From an uncultured Nitrospiraceae bacterium (lineage in GTDB: Bacteria > Nitrospirota > Thermodesulfovibrionia > Thermodesulfovibrionales > Dissulfurispiraceae): a DNA stretch of 64,000 bases. A program made the position numbers and the translations under genes. The stretch lies in assembly GCA_963705105.1 (NCBI GenBank), contig CAVPIW010000006.1, positions 512,001 through 576,000 on the forward strand, written 5' to 3'. Under the pieces are notes generated by a model, which was not told the origin of the DNA, did no database searches, and saw only the letters and a list, made by a program, of their open reading frames with translations. Positions 19,607 to 28,599 of this stretch are shown here, in pieces (the first letter of the stretch is position 1; each line of letters starts with the position of its first letter).

Positions 19607-19795
19607 GTGATCTGCTCGCGAAACATCCTGGGCAGCTATAAGAGCTGCGCTGTTAAACAGTTCCGGATCGAGCGGCCTACGGAAAGAAATATTCCGCAGA
19701 TTTATCGAAGGCTGTGAACTACCTGCGCCTTGATCTTGTCGATGCCCCTGTTGCGGACGATTTTGACGGTTCTCGTACTGCATTGCGATCCTCCT

Positions 19796-22567
19796 TTAGT
19801 CTCGTTCCTGATAGAGATATGTGAATAGTGTAATCTTGTAAGCGTTTTGGTGCTTCTCGATGCCTTCGATTTTTATCTCACGCGCCAGATTCTCCAGCAG
19901 TTGTTGTCGTTGCCTTTCACGTTCAGCGCGGTCGCTCACATCCCTATACCGAGTTTCCGCAAACCGTCTCGTCCTGTAACGAAAATAAGAGTGCCATATA
20001 GCATTTTCTGGCCGTTCATTTACCTTGCCTGCCATTTCTGTCAAATGAAGCAGGCCGTAAAGATAACCTTTTGAAAGCGCATACTCGTCAGTTACCTTTC
20101 GCAGGTCCTTTTCACGTTCCATGAGCAGGTCGAACTGAGCCCAGGTAACCGGCTGGTCAAAGGACGCAACGGCATTCTTAGGAGCTGGCTGGACTTTATT
20201 TGGATTATGTGTTTTGGCTTTTTCCAATGCCTCTTCTGCCAATATTGCCATGTGCCGAATGGGAAATCCCGGTTTCGTCATGGAAAAACCTACAGAAAAA
20301 TGGATATCTTGGTTTTCAGCAACGTATCGCACAAACTCGTTTTTCAACCGCTGTGCAAGTTTGATCATAGAAAGCCATGGTCCGATCAGAAAAAAATCAT
20401 CACCACCGGCAAATACGGTATAGGTGTTCGGAAATTCATTCTTACATAGCCATGGAAGATAGACAGTGAAAAAGGAATTCATCTGCCTCGATAGGGCAGC
20501 CATCTTGGCAAAAGTCGGATTATGCAGGCCCGTTTGAAATATCTTACCCAGATTGTCCACGTCGCCTTTAAAAGTCATCAACGCCTCAACTCCAATCCAT
20601 TCATCTGTCTCATCATTAAGATGCTGATCATCCCTTGCGAGGTGATTCAAGGTTTTTGGTGTTCCAATGCGTTCGTTTTCCCGATCATCTTTACTCATGC
20701 CTTCGTATCGTCTCAAAAAGGCATTATTCAACTCTGCGCTCTTAAATCGTGGAACAAACCCATTGATGTTGCGACGTGCATATCCATCCCAGAGGGGAGC
20801 ATCTGCGTCTTCTGGCAAACTGAAATCCCACGCTCGCAATAGGTTGCCAGAACTTGCCTCATTCCCGAACTTGCCGGATCGTTCTTCTTCCCGTGTAAAG
20901 AGAAGATGGTAGCCGAAAATGGGCAACTCAGTCTTATGAAGACTCTGTCCTTCTGCACGCGGGGTTATCGGTTCACCTGTTACGAGCAAACGATCTTCCG
21001 TGACAAGCCATTTTCCAACTTGAATTTGATCGAATGCGAGTGTACTCACCCATACATCTTTCTCGATTTCTCTTGTAGCTGGAGAACGTCCGTCAATCTG
21101 ACATTCACGGTGTACGAATCGATCCAGAAAACCGTGAAATACCGATATGGCAGGCTTCCTGCCACATAACTCGAATCGTTGCATCTTTGCTGTCTCTAAT
21201 TGCTCGAACAATTTTTTCATTAAATTGCGGAAAGGAGACTGTCCTCCGTCTGCTTGCCGAAAATCGCGCGCGGCTGCCGGTAACCAAGCAAGCCCCACCC
21301 CGGATTGTCCCCATGTGTTGGATAGAAACCATTCCTCCAACTCTGCTTGAACGCCATGAAGTCGATCGATTGTCTCTTTGGTGTTGTGAGCGACGATGAG
21401 AAATTTGCCCGCGGCATTAACGACTTGTGACGTTGACGGCAGATTGAGCACGTCGAGCACTTTGAGGGCAGCAAGTTCTGTCAGTAAAGAAACGTAAAAC
21501 GAACGACCACGAAGCAGTTTTGCGGCACTTTTTTGTGTCTGCCCACCTTGGGCAAATATGAAATTCTGTATGCCGAAGAAATCGCCCTGTACGAGTAGGT
21601 ATTTTTCTTCATTCCAGGCATCCATTGCCTCTGGCGTGTGCTCACGTTCTTTATCCCATTGCACGCGCAGTTGTTCACGCACAATTTCTGATGCGTGGCC
21701 TAAATCATGATGATACCGCCACAACCCAACGGCAAGTGCTGCGGTAGCCTTGGAATGGTCAAAAAGTGATACATCTGGACGTACCTTGCCTGAGATGCCG
21801 GTAGTGGCAGAGGGGATCGCATGGGTAAAGACAAGCCAGAGACTCTCGAAATGGTCAAGCCATAGGGGAAGATTACTTCGATGGCTTACGGGTATTTTAG
21901 CGAGTGCCTGTTTGAATATATTCCATAGATTGAGGTATTCATGCTGAGCAGCTACATTGTCAGGCTTTGCAGTCTTGTCAATTGCCGCGGGGTATATGGC
22001 GCGTGGTGAAAATGGTTTGAGAGGGTATCGCCACACACTTGTTTCCGGGCGTTCAGTAAGACGAATGCGCTCAAAAAGAGTTTCCTGACGGACCGTGTAA
22101 TGTGTAAGTTCGGGGTCTTTTGTTTCGTCTATAGCAGCATTATAGACATCAAAGGTCTCACGTTCGAATCCGGAAGCCAGCCGATCAGCTGTGGCAATGA
22201 TCCATTGTAGACAGGTGTCGGGTCTATGATGTTTGGATGCTGCGTTTATGATCGAATCATCAGCACCCTTATCTTTCCATGGAGCAAAAGGATTCATTTC
22301 TTCACCGACGATGTCAGGCAGATGCTCTTCAAGTATATCCATACCAATTGCCGTATATGCGCTATGGACGTGTGTACGTCGCCCTCCGTATTCCGGGCAA
22401 TAAAGTCCCTCATTTATCGACTGTCGCATATTGCCTTCGGCATCCTTGATCCGAGCCTCAGGAATGCGAGATCGTTCAGCAAATTTGCCTAAATCATGCA
22501 GCAAAGCCGCCAGTGCCATGCGGCTCGATGCATCAAGGATTTTTTTATCGCTCACCGTGTCCTCCAT
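19796..22567 (-). CDS. cas10: Cas10/Csm1 large subunit
   Basis: HD nuclease motif LLHDLGK, Palm GDFFGIQNFI, and intact cyclase motif FAGGDD. Confidence 0.97.
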   Translation of the reverse strand: MEDTVSDKKILDASSRMALAALLHDLGKFAERSRIPEARIKDAEGNMRQSINEGLYCPEYGGRRTHVHSAYTAIGMDILEEHLPDIVGEEMNPFAPWKDKGADDSIINAASKHHRPDTCLQWIIATADRLASGFERETFDVYNAAIDETKDPELTHYTVRQETLFERIRLTERPETSVWRYPLKPFSPRAIYPAAIDKTAKPDNVAAQHEYLNLWNIFKQALAKIPVSHRSNLPLWLDHFESLWLVFTHAIPSATTGISGKVRPDVSLFDHSKATAALAVGLWRYHHDLGHASEIVREQLRVQWDKEREHTPEAMDAWNEEKYLLVQGDFFGIQNFIFAQGGQTQKSAAKLLRGRSFYVSLLTELAALKVLDVLNLPSTSQVVNAAGKFLIVAHNTKETIDRLHGVQAELEEWFLSNTWGQSGVGLAWLPAAARDFRQADGGQSPFRNLMKKLFEQLETAKMQRFELCGRKPAISVFHGFLDRFVHRECQIDGRSPATREIEKDVWVSTLAFDQIQVGKWLVTEDRLLVTGEPITPRAEGQSLHKTELPIFGYHLLFTREEERSGKFGNEASSGNLLRAWDFSLPEDADAPLWDGYARRNINGFVPRFKSAELNNAFLRRYEGMSKDDRENERIGTPKTLNHLARDDQHLNDETDEWIGVEALMTFKGDVDNLGKIFQTGLHNPTFAKMAALSRQMNSFFTVYLPWLCKNEFPNTYTVFAGGDDFFLIGPWLSMIKLAQRLKNEFVRYVAENQDIHFSVGFSMTKPGFPIRHMAILAEEALEKAKTHNPNKVQPAPKNAVASFDQPVTWAQFDLLMEREKDLRKVTDEYALSKGYLYGLLHLTEMAGKVNERPENAIWHSYFRYRTRRFAETRYRDVSDRAERERQRQQLLENLAREIKIEGIEKHQNAYKITLFTYLYQERD

Positions 22568-22708
22568 TGTCCCTTCTGCTCGGCATCGCCGAGAAAGGCT
22601 GGTGTTACAAACTGAACTTTGTAGGTCAATTTTTTCATCGTACGCTCCACGTTCTAATGCTTTTTACAGCCACAAAAATTACTGTGCCACCATTGACAGT
22701 TCTTGTCC

Positions 22709-22831
22709 TCATCTCATCAAATAGATGTCCGCCGTTGCCCGCGGGATTCCATAGAGATTGACGGCAATTCCCCCCGTGACGAGGTACCGAACGGAGTGAT
22801 CATTCAATATGCGGAAGAACTCCCTAGGCCC
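22709..22831 (-). pseudogene. N-terminal remnant of a nucleotidyltransferase
   Basis: Manual translation gives EFFRILNDHSVRYLVTGGIAVNLYGIPRATADIYLMR*; GG-x-A...R-x-T-x-D-I-D motif with the last D lost; no start codon. Confidence 0.6.
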
Positions 22832-22881
22832 TCACTGTCAGCTATGTCGGGTGTTTCTGCTCATCGAGCAGATGTGATCAC

Positions 22882-24036
22882 CTATTCTATCCATATCTTC
22901 CCCTTATCCACCCTCACCCCGTATTTGCTCACTGCGTACCTGCGGTCGCTCGTCACGACATAGTACGGTAAAAGCGTCTGATCGCTCAAATGGTCTTTGA
23001 AGGCCCCTTTGATTTTCGTGATGATCTGCCGCAGCAGCTCCTGCCTGAGGCCTTCGGGGTGCTTGCCGAGCAGCTCCTCGACGACGAACTTCTTCTGCCT
23101 GTAGATGACCGCATAGTCTTTCGCCATTTCTTCCAGGGCGGGCCGTGTCGTCAGCTCGGCCAGCGACAGGTAACAGCCCTTGCAGTCATGACAGTAAGGC
23201 CGGTCCGGGTATTTGCAGTGTTCCGTTTTCTGCCTGAGGAACATCGTGTAGAGCATGAGCTGCATGGGCACCATCTCGACGAGGGTTTCGCCGACATAGG
23301 TCGTGCCGTCCGGCAGGCTGACCTTCACTTCCGGCTGGATCATGGCGATGTCGATCTCGCGCTGCCCCTCGTTCACGAGTTCATGAAAACTCTTCGCGTG
23401 GAGGGAGAGCTTACCGCCGAGGCGTACAAAAGGCAGTTCGGCGAGGACTACCTCCGCGTCGTTCGTGTTCAGGCTCCGGGCGGTTCCGTCAGGCATCCTG
23501 CACTCGATGACTGTGTTCTCTCTCGGTTTATAGAAGAAGTTGGGATTGGACTCGAACTCGGGGGTGACGAGCACGTGATAAAGCCTGTCCCAGGGCCTGC
23601 CGAAAAGCTGAAGGGCGGCGCCGAGGTAGAAGCTCATCGTCTTGCGCCCCCCGGCCAGAGAGCAGTGGAGCCTGAGACCCTGGTCGGCGGTCTTCTCCCT
23701 GATCAGGGCCGTAACGAGGTCGCCGAGGGCTTCGTTGTCCGCCGCCGTCTTGATGTCGGCCAGTTCCCTGCCGGACCTGTCTTTGACAAGCAGTATTCCT
23801 GAAGGATCGATGTGCAGGCCGGGAATGCCGTAATCCGCAGCGAGCCGGGCGAGAACACCATCATGGATGAGCGCATCTTCGAGTCTATCTTTTCCTGTTG
23901 TCGTGGTGACGACATTGATCTCGTCAGGGTGAACAGGGGGCTTCCGCTGCGACAGGGCGTAAATGGTCTCCGTCACGATCTGAGGCGTCGACCCGACCAC
24001 GAAGACAAGGCATTCTCTGTATCCTGTCCCGTTCAT
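22882..24036 (-). CDS. NE0113-family CARF protein with a putative C-terminal winged-helix domain and Cys4 insert
   Basis: GSTPQIVTET and SLAGGRKTMS CARF motifs; HCKYPDRPYCHDCKGC; helix ELLRQIITKIKGAF followed by a beta-hairpin (wHTH inferred). Confidence 0.82.
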   Translation of the reverse strand: MNGTGYRECLVFVVGSTPQIVTETIYALSQRKPPVHPDEINVVTTTTGKDRLEDALIHDGVLARLAADYGIPGLHIDPSGILLVKDRSGRELADIKTAADNEALGDLVTALIREKTADQGLRLHCSLAGGRKTMSFYLGAALQLFGRPWDRLYHVLVTPEFESNPNFFYKPRENTVIECRMPDGTARSLNTNDAEVVLAELPFVRLGGKLSLHAKSFHELVNEGQREIDIAMIQPEVKVSLPDGTTYVGETLVEMVPMQLMLYTMFLRQKTEHCKYPDRPYCHDCKGCYLSLAELTTRPALEEMAKDYAVIYRQKKFVVEELLGKHPEGLRQELLRQIITKIKGAFKDHLSDQTLLPYYVVTSDRRYAVSKYGVRVDKGKIWIE

Positions 24037-24042
24037 GCATTA

Positions 24043-24098
24043 ATTGTATGGAAATCGCAGCCAGCGTGCAAGGGATGAAATATTTCTGAAATGTTTCA
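24043..24098 (-). promoter_or_regulatory. Sigma70 promoter (TTGCAC-N17-TACAAT) with an upstream tandem-palindrome operator; probably a leaderless transcript
   Basis: -35 at 24071-24066, -10 at 24048-24043, 6 nt before the ATG; TGAAATATTTC-T-GAAATGTTTCA at 24076-24098. Confidence 0.75.
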
Positions 24099-24197
24099 CA
24101 CATGCATCGCCCTGTCGTATACCCCTCGTCGGGTTTAAACTCAAACTGCGTGCGATCCGGGCCATGCATGTGGATCGTGTGGCGGGAAGTGATGGCG

Positions 24198-25493
24198 TCA
24201 GGTACCGTTATACCGCTTGACGGATAACTTGAGGTCGGCGATTTCTGCGGGATCGTATCCCGAATAGAGACTGGAAAAGATCGTGTTGTTCGTGAGGAGC
24301 GGGTCGAGGTCGTCCGGGATAACGCCGGACCGGACGAGGTCGTCCCAGCACCGAGTCCCCTTGATCGGTGAAAACTCGGTCAGATGGATTGTGACCCCGA
24401 GGCCCTCCAGGAAGCGGACCCCTTCCCTGACCTCGTCCAGGCCCTGACCGGGCAGTCCATACATCAGGTAAACGCCGATCTCCTGCTTGGTAAAGCCCCG
24501 GGCCCTGAGGTTCTCCACGGCAGCCTCCACGTCGTCCCGCCTGACCTTGCCTCCCGTCCTGTCCAGTCTCTCCGCATCGACAGTCTCGAGGCTCAGCCGG
24601 ATCGTCCTGAACCCCGATTTCCGCATGAGACCAGCCAGTTCAAAGTCGAGATACCGCGCGTGCAGGCCGTTCGGCGTGTGAAACCGGCCACGTATGCCTG
24701 CCGACTGCACACCCCTGAGGATAGGTTTTATGTGATCATCGGGGTCGACAAGGAGTGCATCGTCGTAAAACGCGAAATCGCTTATGCCACGAGCGCTGTA
24801 ACCGGCGATCTCTTTCAGCACCAATGCCGGAGAGCATCGAACAAACCCTTCATTGAGAAGGGAAGCGGAGCAGTAAGAGCAGCGGAAGGGACAGCCCCGG
24901 GAGGTGAGCAGCGGTGCGAAAGATTGAGATGGTTGCGGTGCCGGGCTGCGCGGCTGCGACGCCTTTCTCCTTTTGGGCCTGAAACCGAAGGTCGAGAGAG
25001 CGAACAGGAACCCTCTCTCGACAGGCCCCGCATGGACGTAATCAGCGCCGGAGTAACGTGCGGCGTGTTCGCCGCAGAGCGTCGCGTAAATGCCGCCGAG
25101 CAGGACAGGCACATCGCCCAGGGTATCTCTCACGAGTTCAATGGCCTTTTGAACACCAGGATACCAGTACGTCATCAGGGATGTGACAAGAACAAAGTCG
25201 TAGGGCCCGGAAGCTCTCATCCTCCTGACGAAGTCATCGGTCCCGATGCCATATCTCTTGTACCGCCGGCGGATGTCCGCCAGGGGGGCGGGGTTGGCCA
25301 CCACCTCGCGGCGGTAACGGCCTTTGCCGTATTCCTGAATCGTGCCGGCGGCAGTACAGTCGATCAGGTCCATTTCGATATCGTAGTCGCTCAGGAATTC
25401 AGCGACACGGTACAGACCAAGGGGACAGGCCCACAGGTTATACGCTGCAAAGTCGCAGATCCATGGATTGATAAGGAGCGCTCTGAGCTTCAT
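24198..25493 (-). CDS. B12-binding-domain radical SAM protein
   Basis: TSRGCPFRCSYC (CxxxCxxC); VLLGGIYAT. Confidence 0.9.
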   Translation of the reverse strand: MKLRALLINPWICDFAAYNLWACPLGLYRVAEFLSDYDIEMDLIDCTAAGTIQEYGKGRYRREVVANPAPLADIRRRYKRYGIGTDDFVRRMRASGPYDFVLVTSLMTYWYPGVQKAIELVRDTLGDVPVLLGGIYATLCGEHAARYSGADYVHAGPVERGFLFALSTFGFRPKRRKASQPRSPAPQPSQSFAPLLTSRGCPFRCSYCSASLLNEGFVRCSPALVLKEIAGYSARGISDFAFYDDALLVDPDDHIKPILRGVQSAGIRGRFHTPNGLHARYLDFELAGLMRKSGFRTIRLSLETVDAERLDRTGGKVRRDDVEAAVENLRARGFTKQEIGVYLMYGLPGQGLDEVREGVRFLEGLGVTIHLTEFSPIKGTRCWDDLVRSGVIPDDLDPLLTNNTIFSSLYSGYDPAEIADLKLSVKRYNGT

Positions 25494-25495
25494 CG

Positions 25496-25681
25496 CCTGT
25501 ATTACAATAGGACATCGTGGAAGGCGGGGCGGAGATGCTGAAAAGCCTTGGTGCTGCGAAACCTATGCCTTCCCATACGGATCAATTCAGGCCAACGGCT
25601 GAAAAAAGTGAACCTTTTACTGACACTCACACTGACACTGTTTTGGAGCACTTTGTCCCGCCTTTGCATGCAACTGGAAGG
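25496..25681 (+). repeat. MITE-like intergenic repeat, copy A
   Basis: GAAGGCGGGG...GGTGCTGCGAAACC...CCCGCCTTT-GCATGCAACTGGAAGG; near-identical to 33597-33790. Confidence 0.85.
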
Positions 25682-25733
25682 TTCACCTTGTCACCCTTCC
25701 CTTCCCCCGTCATTCTGCATCATAATACAAATC

Positions 25734-26597
25734 ATGGGCTACTATGAATTTATCCTGACCGTCGACGCCGAATCAACAGATGCGCTCGAGCAGCGGATGC
25801 ATCTCATGGGATGCCTCGGCATCGTTGAACAGGACGGGCGGATCATCGCCTATTTCCCCGACGTCCTCGGAATCGGGACGATCGTCGACGGAATCAACGA
25901 GTTCAGGCCCATACTGTCCCTGTCCGGCCTCGGCAGCAACCTCACCTTCCGGTATGAATTCATCTCTGAAAGGGATTGGAACGAGTCGTGGAAAAAGAAG
26001 TTTCAGCCCATCGACGTGGGAGCCAATCTTGTCATCCTTCCACCCTGGGCTCCCCCGAGGGAAGGCAGGATCAACATCATCATCGATCCGGGGATGGCCT
26101 TCGGAACGGGCCACCACGAGACGACAAAGACCTGTCTCCTGCTCATCGAAAAACTTTCCCGCAGGCTCCGGCGCGGGAGATTCCTCGACGTCGGCACAGG
26201 GACGGGGATTCTCGCCATCGGCGCCGCGAAGCTGGGTTTCCGCGAGGTTGTGGGCGTTGACACCGATCCTCTCGCCGTCGACGCGGCCCTCAGAAACATG
26301 ACGCTCAACGGGATCGGCAATGCCGTGATGCTGCCCGGCACGATAACGGAGGCATCAGGGAGATACGATCTGATCGCCGCAAACCTGATGTCCGACATCC
26401 TGATCGGCGTCGCCCCGGACATCGCCGCACGGCTCGAACCACGGGGAAGGGCGCTCCTGTCGGGCATGATCGCCGGTCAGGAGGAAGACGTCATGCCGGC
26501 GATGGACAGGGCGGGGTTGCGATGCATGAAGGTTATCCCCGACGGGCGATGGGTGTCGCTCGTCATGACTCACAAAAAGGACCGCTCTCTGTCCTGA
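25734..26597 (+). CDS. prmA: Ribosomal protein L11 methyltransferase
   Basis: IDPGMAFGTGHHETT, LDVGTGTGILAI; the listed ORF's extra N-terminus is repeat-derived. Confidence 0.93.
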   Translation: MGYYEFILTVDAESTDALEQRMHLMGCLGIVEQDGRIIAYFPDVLGIGTIVDGINEFRPILSLSGLGSNLTFRYEFISERDWNESWKKKFQPIDVGANLVILPPWAPPREGRINIIIDPGMAFGTGHHETTKTCLLLIEKLSRRLRRGRFLDVGTGTGILAIGAAKLGFREVVGVDTDPLAVDAALRNMTLNGIGNAVMLPGTITEASGRYDLIAANLMSDILIGVAPDIAARLEPRGRALLSGMIAGQEEDVMPAMDRAGLRCMKVIPDGRWVSLVMTHKKDRSLS

Positions 26598-26598
26598 A

Positions 26599-26943
26599 TC
26601 AACCCGTCCCCGTGATCTTTCTTCTCTCCTGGCCCGTGTACCCCCCGCCTCTGCCGATCCGGACGGGGTCGCAGCCCAGGGTCACCCAGCCGCTGGACCG
26701 GTAGAATTTCCTGATCTTGGCGTCGAAGATCAGAGCATCGAGAGCGGCTTCGTCGACAAGCGCCATGGTCTTGTCTTCATACTCGACACGGATGCGGCGG
26801 GGACCCTGGATTGTATAATGGGGGCAGCGCCTGAACTCGCTGTTCGAACAGTACTGCTGCCTCTCGGCAACGCTCGGGATGTAGGTCGCAACCTGGGAAA
26901 GACAGATACCGCAGTACTCCTCAACGAAAAAATGGCAGGTCAT
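26599..26943 (-). CDS. Small protein: Cys-rich N-terminus plus GSU3473-like C-terminal domain
   Basis: IRVEYED...KFYRSSGWVTLGCDPVR...YTGQERR. Confidence 0.6.
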   Translation of the reverse strand: MTCHFFVEEYCGICLSQVATYIPSVAERQQYCSNSEFRRCPHYTIQGPRRIRVEYEDKTMALVDEAALDALIFDAKIRKFYRSSGWVTLGCDPVRIGRGGGYTGQERRKITGTG

Positions 26944-27059
26944 GACAGACCCTCCTTTCCGTTCGACCGAGCCTTCGGCTCCATCGAGGACGTGAGGCGC
27001 ATCATGCTAAATCAACTTCTAATTAATAGATACCACAGAATGGGGCCAATGTCAACTCA

Positions 27060-28157
27060 TCACACGTTGAAGCGAAAATTGATGATGTCGCCGTCCCTGA
27101 CTTCGTAGGTTTTCCCCTCGAGCCGCAGCAGCCCCTTCTCACGCGCCGCAGCGAGGCTTCCGGCCCCGACAAAGTCATCGTAGTGGACCACTTCGGCCCT
27201 GATGAATCCCCTCTGTATGTCCGAATGGACCTTTCCGGCGGCGAAAAGAGCGGTCGTTCCCCGCCTGATCGTCCACGCCCTGACCTCGTCATCGCCGACG
27301 GTCAGGAAGGAGATCATGCCCAGCAGCTCGTAGCATACCCTGATAAGCCTGTGGAGGGCCGGCTCGGTGATTTTGAGGTCCTCCAGAAAGGCCTCCGCCT
27401 CTTCCGGCGGGAGTTGGGCGATCTCCATCTCGATTTTCCCGGATAGGGTGACGACCCTCGTCTCCCTGCCGCCTTCCCTTTCCGTCAGAAAGGCCTCAAT
27501 CTTCGCGGTGACCGCCGTCGCGTCGGCGCTTTGCAGGTCCTGTTCGCCCACATTTACAACAACGACTTCGGGTTTGATCGAGATGAACTGGAGCGGGCTC
27601 ATCGCCTTCCGCTCCTCTTCGTCAAAGTCCACGTCCCTCAGGGGAATTTCCTTTTCGAGGATGTCCCGCAATTTCAGGAGCAGATTCCGCTCGGCCTCAT
27701 TCGGTTTCTTTCCCTTCTTTGCCGATTCTTCCATCCTCGTGAGTCTCTTTTCGATGAATTCGAGGTCCCCGAAGATCATTTCCAGTTCGACGGTCTGGAA
27801 ATCACGGAAAGGGTCCGGCCCGCCCAGGGGGTGGGAAACAGCGTCGTCTCTGAAGGCACGAACGACGTGGACGATCGCGTCGGCGTCCTTGATGAGGTCG
27901 AAGACCTTCCTGTTCTGCTCCACATCCCCCTTTGTCAGGCCGAGGTAGTCGACATACTCGACGGTCGCCCAGGTCGTCTTCTTCGGGCGGAACAGGTCCG
28001 ACAGCATGTCGATCCTCGGATCAGGGACCCTGACCGTCCCGTAATGGGGTTCTCCTGCCGCTGTCGGGTATATCGTGGTCACCAGATCCTGGCCGGTCAG
28101 CGCGTTGAATATGGTGGTTTTGCCGGAATTGGACAGTCCGGTGATCGCAATCTTCAC
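27060..28157 (-). CDS. ychF: Redox-regulated ATPase YchF
   Basis: GLSNSGKTTIFNALT, VHSDIQRGFIRAEV, LEGKTYEVRDGDIINFRFNV. Confidence 0.93.
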   Translation of the reverse strand: MKIAITGLSNSGKTTIFNALTGQDLVTTIYPTAAGEPHYGTVRVPDPRIDMLSDLFRPKKTTWATVEYVDYLGLTKGDVEQNRKVFDLIKDADAIVHVVRAFRDDAVSHPLGGPDPFRDFQTVELEMIFGDLEFIEKRLTRMEESAKKGKKPNEAERNLLLKLRDILEKEIPLRDVDFDEEERKAMSPLQFISIKPEVVVVNVGEQDLQSADATAVTAKIEAFLTEREGGRETRVVTLSGKIEMEIAQLPPEEAEAFLEDLKITEPALHRLIRVCYELLGMISFLTVGDDEVRAWTIRRGTTALFAAGKVHSDIQRGFIRAEVVHYDDFVGAGSLAAAREKGLLRLEGKTYEVRDGDIINFRFNV

Positions 28158-28201
28158 AATGCCTCCTGAATATTCATGAATTTTTCAATAAGAACGCCTG
28201 T

Positions 28202-28231
28202 CTCGCGCAAAGCCGCAAAGAGCGCAAAGAA
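28202..28231 (+). repeat. Short (CGCAAAG)x3 intergenic repeat; other copies at 33552-33581 and 58989-59018
   Basis: CGCAAAG-CCGCAAAG-AGCGCAAAGAA seen three times. Confidence 0.7.
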
Positions 28232-28320
28232 AAACAACCTCTATTGCACTCCCGTCCTAAATACCCACCGGCAAATCGTTAAAACAATGTTGGCGCCTGG
28301 CGCCGTGCCGGCGACGGTCA

Positions 28321-28599
28321 TCAGAAAATGCTGATATGCCGCTCCCGGGCGAAGTTCCGGATAACCATTTGAGCCGTATATAATCGCTGGAGCCTCACAT
28401 TCCTCCGCCGGATCAACTCGGGATTGTTGTAAGGAAAGGGCTGGGTGCGGATGGTGGCCTGGACGCGGGAGATCGCGTCATAGAGCGCCTTGAGGGCAGG
28501 TTGATCATAGGGTTTGAGGAAGAGGGCGTTCACCGTGATGAACCCCTCGGAGATGTCGACGGCAATGGCCTTGACGTTTCTACTCTGCGGTCCCGCCAT
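28321..28599 (-). CDS. Hypothetical protein (92 aa)
   Basis: MAGPQSRNVKAIAVDISEGFITVN...; overlaps the tatC 3' end. Confidence 0.6.
   Translation of the reverse strand: MAGPQSRNVKAIAVDISEGFITVNALFLKPYDQPALKALYDAISRVQATIRTQPFPYNNPELIRRRNVRLQRLYTAQMVIRNFARERHISIF

Larger units (their letters stand above)
17945..19783 (-). pseudogene. csm2: Csm2 small subunit interrupted by IS256
   Basis: Removing the IS and one target duplication gives an in-frame 152-aa protein ...VSRADH|NRNKTTQLRRFYDELMLWE...FWEAFIGFYK, with typical Csm2 motifs. Confidence 0.93.

Noticed and set aside
24198..25493. Radical SAM gene as a CRISPR ancillary gene
   Set aside because: Adjacent and co-oriented, but upstream of the locus promoter and operator, with host-like composition; no evidence of linkage
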